Under the pieces are notes generated by a model. It did not search any database and was not told the origin of the DNA. It was given only the letters and a program-made list of their open reading frames with translations. Positions 60,951 to 64,000 of a stretch of 64,000 nt of DNA are shown here, one piece after another. The DNA comes from the human T2T-CHM13v2.0 reference genome, Homo sapiens. The translations under genes and the position numbers were made by a program. The stretch's first letter is position 1, and each line of letters begins with the position of its first letter. The stretch is taken from the NCBI RefSeq assembly GCF_009914755.1, contig NC_060930.1, one strand, 5' to 3'.

Positions 60951-62619
60951 CATTAACTGGCTTGCGTGTGCGTGTTGCATGCACGTGCACACATCTCCAT
61001 ATGCCAGGGATAAGTAACTGGGCTGCATGCTTCGTTTCCCCTGCTTCTCCAGTTCCGTTTCATCCTGGTGCTCGACAGCTGCCCAGATCCAGCTGAACTT
61101 CTCACTGGCTGGACCGTCAGTGGACTCTGTGCGCTTGTTTTCTCTGTTTTCTATCCGCTCACCTCACTGCCAGCCCAGCGTTGCCAGGTCCTCTCTGTGG
61201 AGAGCTATCCCTGATAAAGCCATCAAAATGAATCTCACCATTCACACGCTGTGGAGGGAAGAGCTGGGGAGAAACCAGCAAACTGAAACATGCAGCGTTT
61301 CCCTGTCTCCGCCAGGTCTCCCGGCAGCACAGTCATCCTGAGGAGACTCGCCCCTCCAAGAAGCAGGGGAGGCAGAGTCCGTGGCTCTCCTCTTGGCAGC
61401 TCTCCCAGCTGTCCTGGCTCTGAAGCAAGGCTTGGGGTTTCCTCCCTTCTCCAGCCTGCCAGTGGGTAGCGGGGCACCCGGGGCCCAGCTGGCCGAGCTC
61501 AGCTAAGTTGAAGTCTCTGCTGAGTTTCCCGGCACAGACTTGTCCTCTGTGGTCCCAGTTCTGGATTCACTGGAAGGGAAGCGTTCTCTGCTCCAGCCCT
61601 CGTGAGCCTGGTGGGAGTGTGTGGCTAGTGGGTTTCGGCAGCATTGGGAATTGGCTGTTGGTTATCACTAAACACCACCATACCCTCAGGTGCCCACGGC
61701 TGCCTGACTGCAGGCTCTGGCCTGGCCTTGTAGTTGAGGCAATGCGGGCTTCTGATTCCATCACACATCTTAGAAATACGGAGGAAGGGTTGACTTGACT
61801 CCTGGCGTTGCTGCTTCACTTTAAGTCCAGGCCCTGCAGACCCGCCTCAGGCTGCATCTCATGTCCTTGCACACTTCTCTGGAAAGAGGTACCCAGTTTT
61901 TCTGGCCTGAGACCCTGAGAGGGTTTGGCTCCCTTTTATCTGAGTCTGCTCTCCCATTGCCCAAGGCTGCCTGGTGGGGATGCGGTGTGGGGGTTGCTGG
62001 ATGCAGCCTGCCAAGTGTGACCCAGAGACTGTAAGCTCTGAGGAACTTTATTTGGTGTTTCCTGAATGTTTTACTGAGAAGCCTTTGTCAAGTAAAGCCA
62101 CTCAGTGAATCCTGTGACTGAATAGCCAACTGGTGAAATGAGAAACTGTCAACGTTTTTACTTTTTACTGAAGGAGGCCAATTCTGTGAGCGTATGTTTG
62201 ATTCAAATAAGAGGTTTGGATTTGTTTAAATCCACCCCGTCAAGGGTATTTCTAGATTTCATCACGGAAATATAGTGGAGCTCTGCGTGGTGGCCATGGC
62301 GAAGCCCCCAGCAGCCGTGTGCCCACGGGTAGGGACCGTGAGCACGCAACTCTCTGTGGCACCGGTGTCCTGGCTGCTGACTTTGGTCTGCTGGTGTCAT
62401 CCTCACCTCCACTCATTGCACTCTGCCTTGGTGCAGAATTCAGTCCCTCCTTTTTTATATTTACAAGAAACAGACTATCGGGAGCGGCTTGGAATTTGCA
62501 TGGAAGTATGTTCCTGTAGTTAGAACCCCATCTAGTTCCTTTGCTGCAGGAGAGAAAGGCACAAGCCAATGTCTCCATGCCGACTACGACTGTGGACCCA
62601 ATGGCAGAAAGCATCTGCT

Positions 62620-62880
62620 GCTCCCTGTTCTGGCCCTATCACTTCTAGGGGGACGCTGTTGTGTCCAGTGCTCCGCAGGGAAGCCTTCCCTGACCACCCT
62701 CCCCCACTCTACATGACACCTGGCACCTCCTCCCATCCCATATTTGTGTGTTTGAGGCCTGTGTCTTCCCCAGACTGAATGGAAGCTCCTCGAGGTTTTG
62801 TGTGTTTCATGCACTGCTCTGTCTCCAGCCCCTAGGATTTGACCTAGTACACAATAGGTGCTCAGGAGATATTTCTGGAC
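62620..62880 (+). mobile_element. L2 3' fragment
   Basis: agggaagccttccctgacc...cagactgaatggaagctcct...cacaataggtgctcagga. Confidence 0.6.
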
Positions 62881-63668
62881 TCAAGCAACAAATGTGCCCG
62901 GTCAAGTAAGAAAGAAATAGCAAGGGTCTTAGATGGATTCCCTCTGAAAAACGCACCACATTTCGTGTGGTAGGTAAAAGAAGGTGCTGACTCCGGATTC
63001 CCAAACTGACTCAGCTGTTTTATCAAAGCAAGCAAATCATTCTGGAAGTTATTGGGAACAGGGCAACAGAGGGGCATCGAAGAAGAGGCGCAGAGGGGAC
63101 AGCAGGTGGTTCTGTGGAGAGAAGGCGACCAGGTCGCAACCTCAGTGAAGGCTGCTGCCCTGGCAGGTGTTAATATGGCAAGGACTCTCAGGGTGTAGAT
63201 GTCGCACCAGTTTCTGTCTCTCCAGCTTCTCTCCTGTGGGATCCCTGGTCACGAGTTCCATCAGGTCATAGCTGCTGATAGCTTCTCCGCTGGCCCGCTG
63301 TTAGCAGCCTTTGTCAGCTGAGGGATTCTGCCTCCAGCACAAGCTGCTTTTTCAGCAGAGCCTTGGAGGGGCCTTCCGCGCTTCTGCTGTGCGTCCGCTC
63401 AGGGCCTCTGGGCGGCAGCCTCTGTTCCTGGCAGAACAATTTGGCCCTCATGGGGTTGATCCTTGGTGGAGTCTTCCCACTCCTCTTGGCACTGCGGGTT
63501 CTTAGAGAATATATTTCTTCCTTCTCCGCCTGTCATTAACTCAGAATACAAGGTGGCCCACAGCCGCAGGGACGCCAAGGGGCAGCGGCCCATGACAGGT
63601 GTCTGGCCTCATTTGCAGTAGGGTTCAGCTTTGCTTCTGAAGCTTTACTGTTTTTTGTTTTGTTTCAG

Positions 63669-63761
63669 GGAAGGTCTGTTTCTCTAACAACTTTTTATCG
63701 AACAGCGAGGAATATCATGAGCATGTGTTTCAGCAAGGAGCCTGCCCCAGCCGAAATCGAG
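63669..63761 (+). CDS. JARID2: JARID2 coding exon (probably exon 9), 93 nt; [31 protein letters not shown]
   Basis: T-rich tract and tttcag acceptor; GAG|gtgaga donor; phase 0-0; within ORF 63660..63842. Confidence 0.95.
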
Positions 63762-64000
63762 GTGAGAGAAGGGGCCCCTCACGCTGCCTCTCATGGTGTG
63801 GGAACCCCTCGGCGAGCTGGAGGACATCCTGTCCTGCCCTGACCCCTGCAGCTCGGTGAACGGAAAGGACTCAGATGGGGCTGAGTTCGTCCTCTGTGTT
63901 GAGCGTGCACCAGGGCAGCCAAATGTTTTAACTTAGGTTGATCTAAACTTGTTCACAAGCCAAAAACACTATAATGAAGGTGGGGAGCTGCCGAGTGCAG

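Overview
Primate (very likely human) genomic DNA from inside JARID2 (Jumonji; PRC2.2 accessory subunit) on the + strand. The window holds the 3' end of an upstream intron, six internal coding exons (11134-11303, 27667-27843, 46457-46692, 55286-56324, 60068-60570, 63669-63761; probably exons 4-9 of the canonical transcript) and the start of the next intron. All have GT-AG boundaries and join into one stop-free frame. That frame runs from the PRC2-stimulating [11 protein letters not shown] (K116) motif through the SUZ12-contacting segment, an acidic tract, JmjN and ARID. The introns carry about 17 Alu/Alu-derived elements, MaLR LTRs, MER2/MER5/Charlie DNA transposons and L1/L2/MIR fragments. Repeat subfamilies and exon/residue numbers come from recalled references, not a search. 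There is no RNA gene, CRISPR array or second protein-coding gene, and I cannot demonstrate a wholly new system. The best leads are RNA-level hypotheses: an 11-bp complementary element bracketing the K116 exon with two alternative downstream partners (all containing TACGTG); inverted young Alus around the 1039-nt exon; an in-frame cryptic acceptor 117 nt upstream of that exon; a stop-free symmetric 177-nt exon with a strong-Kozak ATG between inverted Alus; and an LTR abutting the 236-nt exon.
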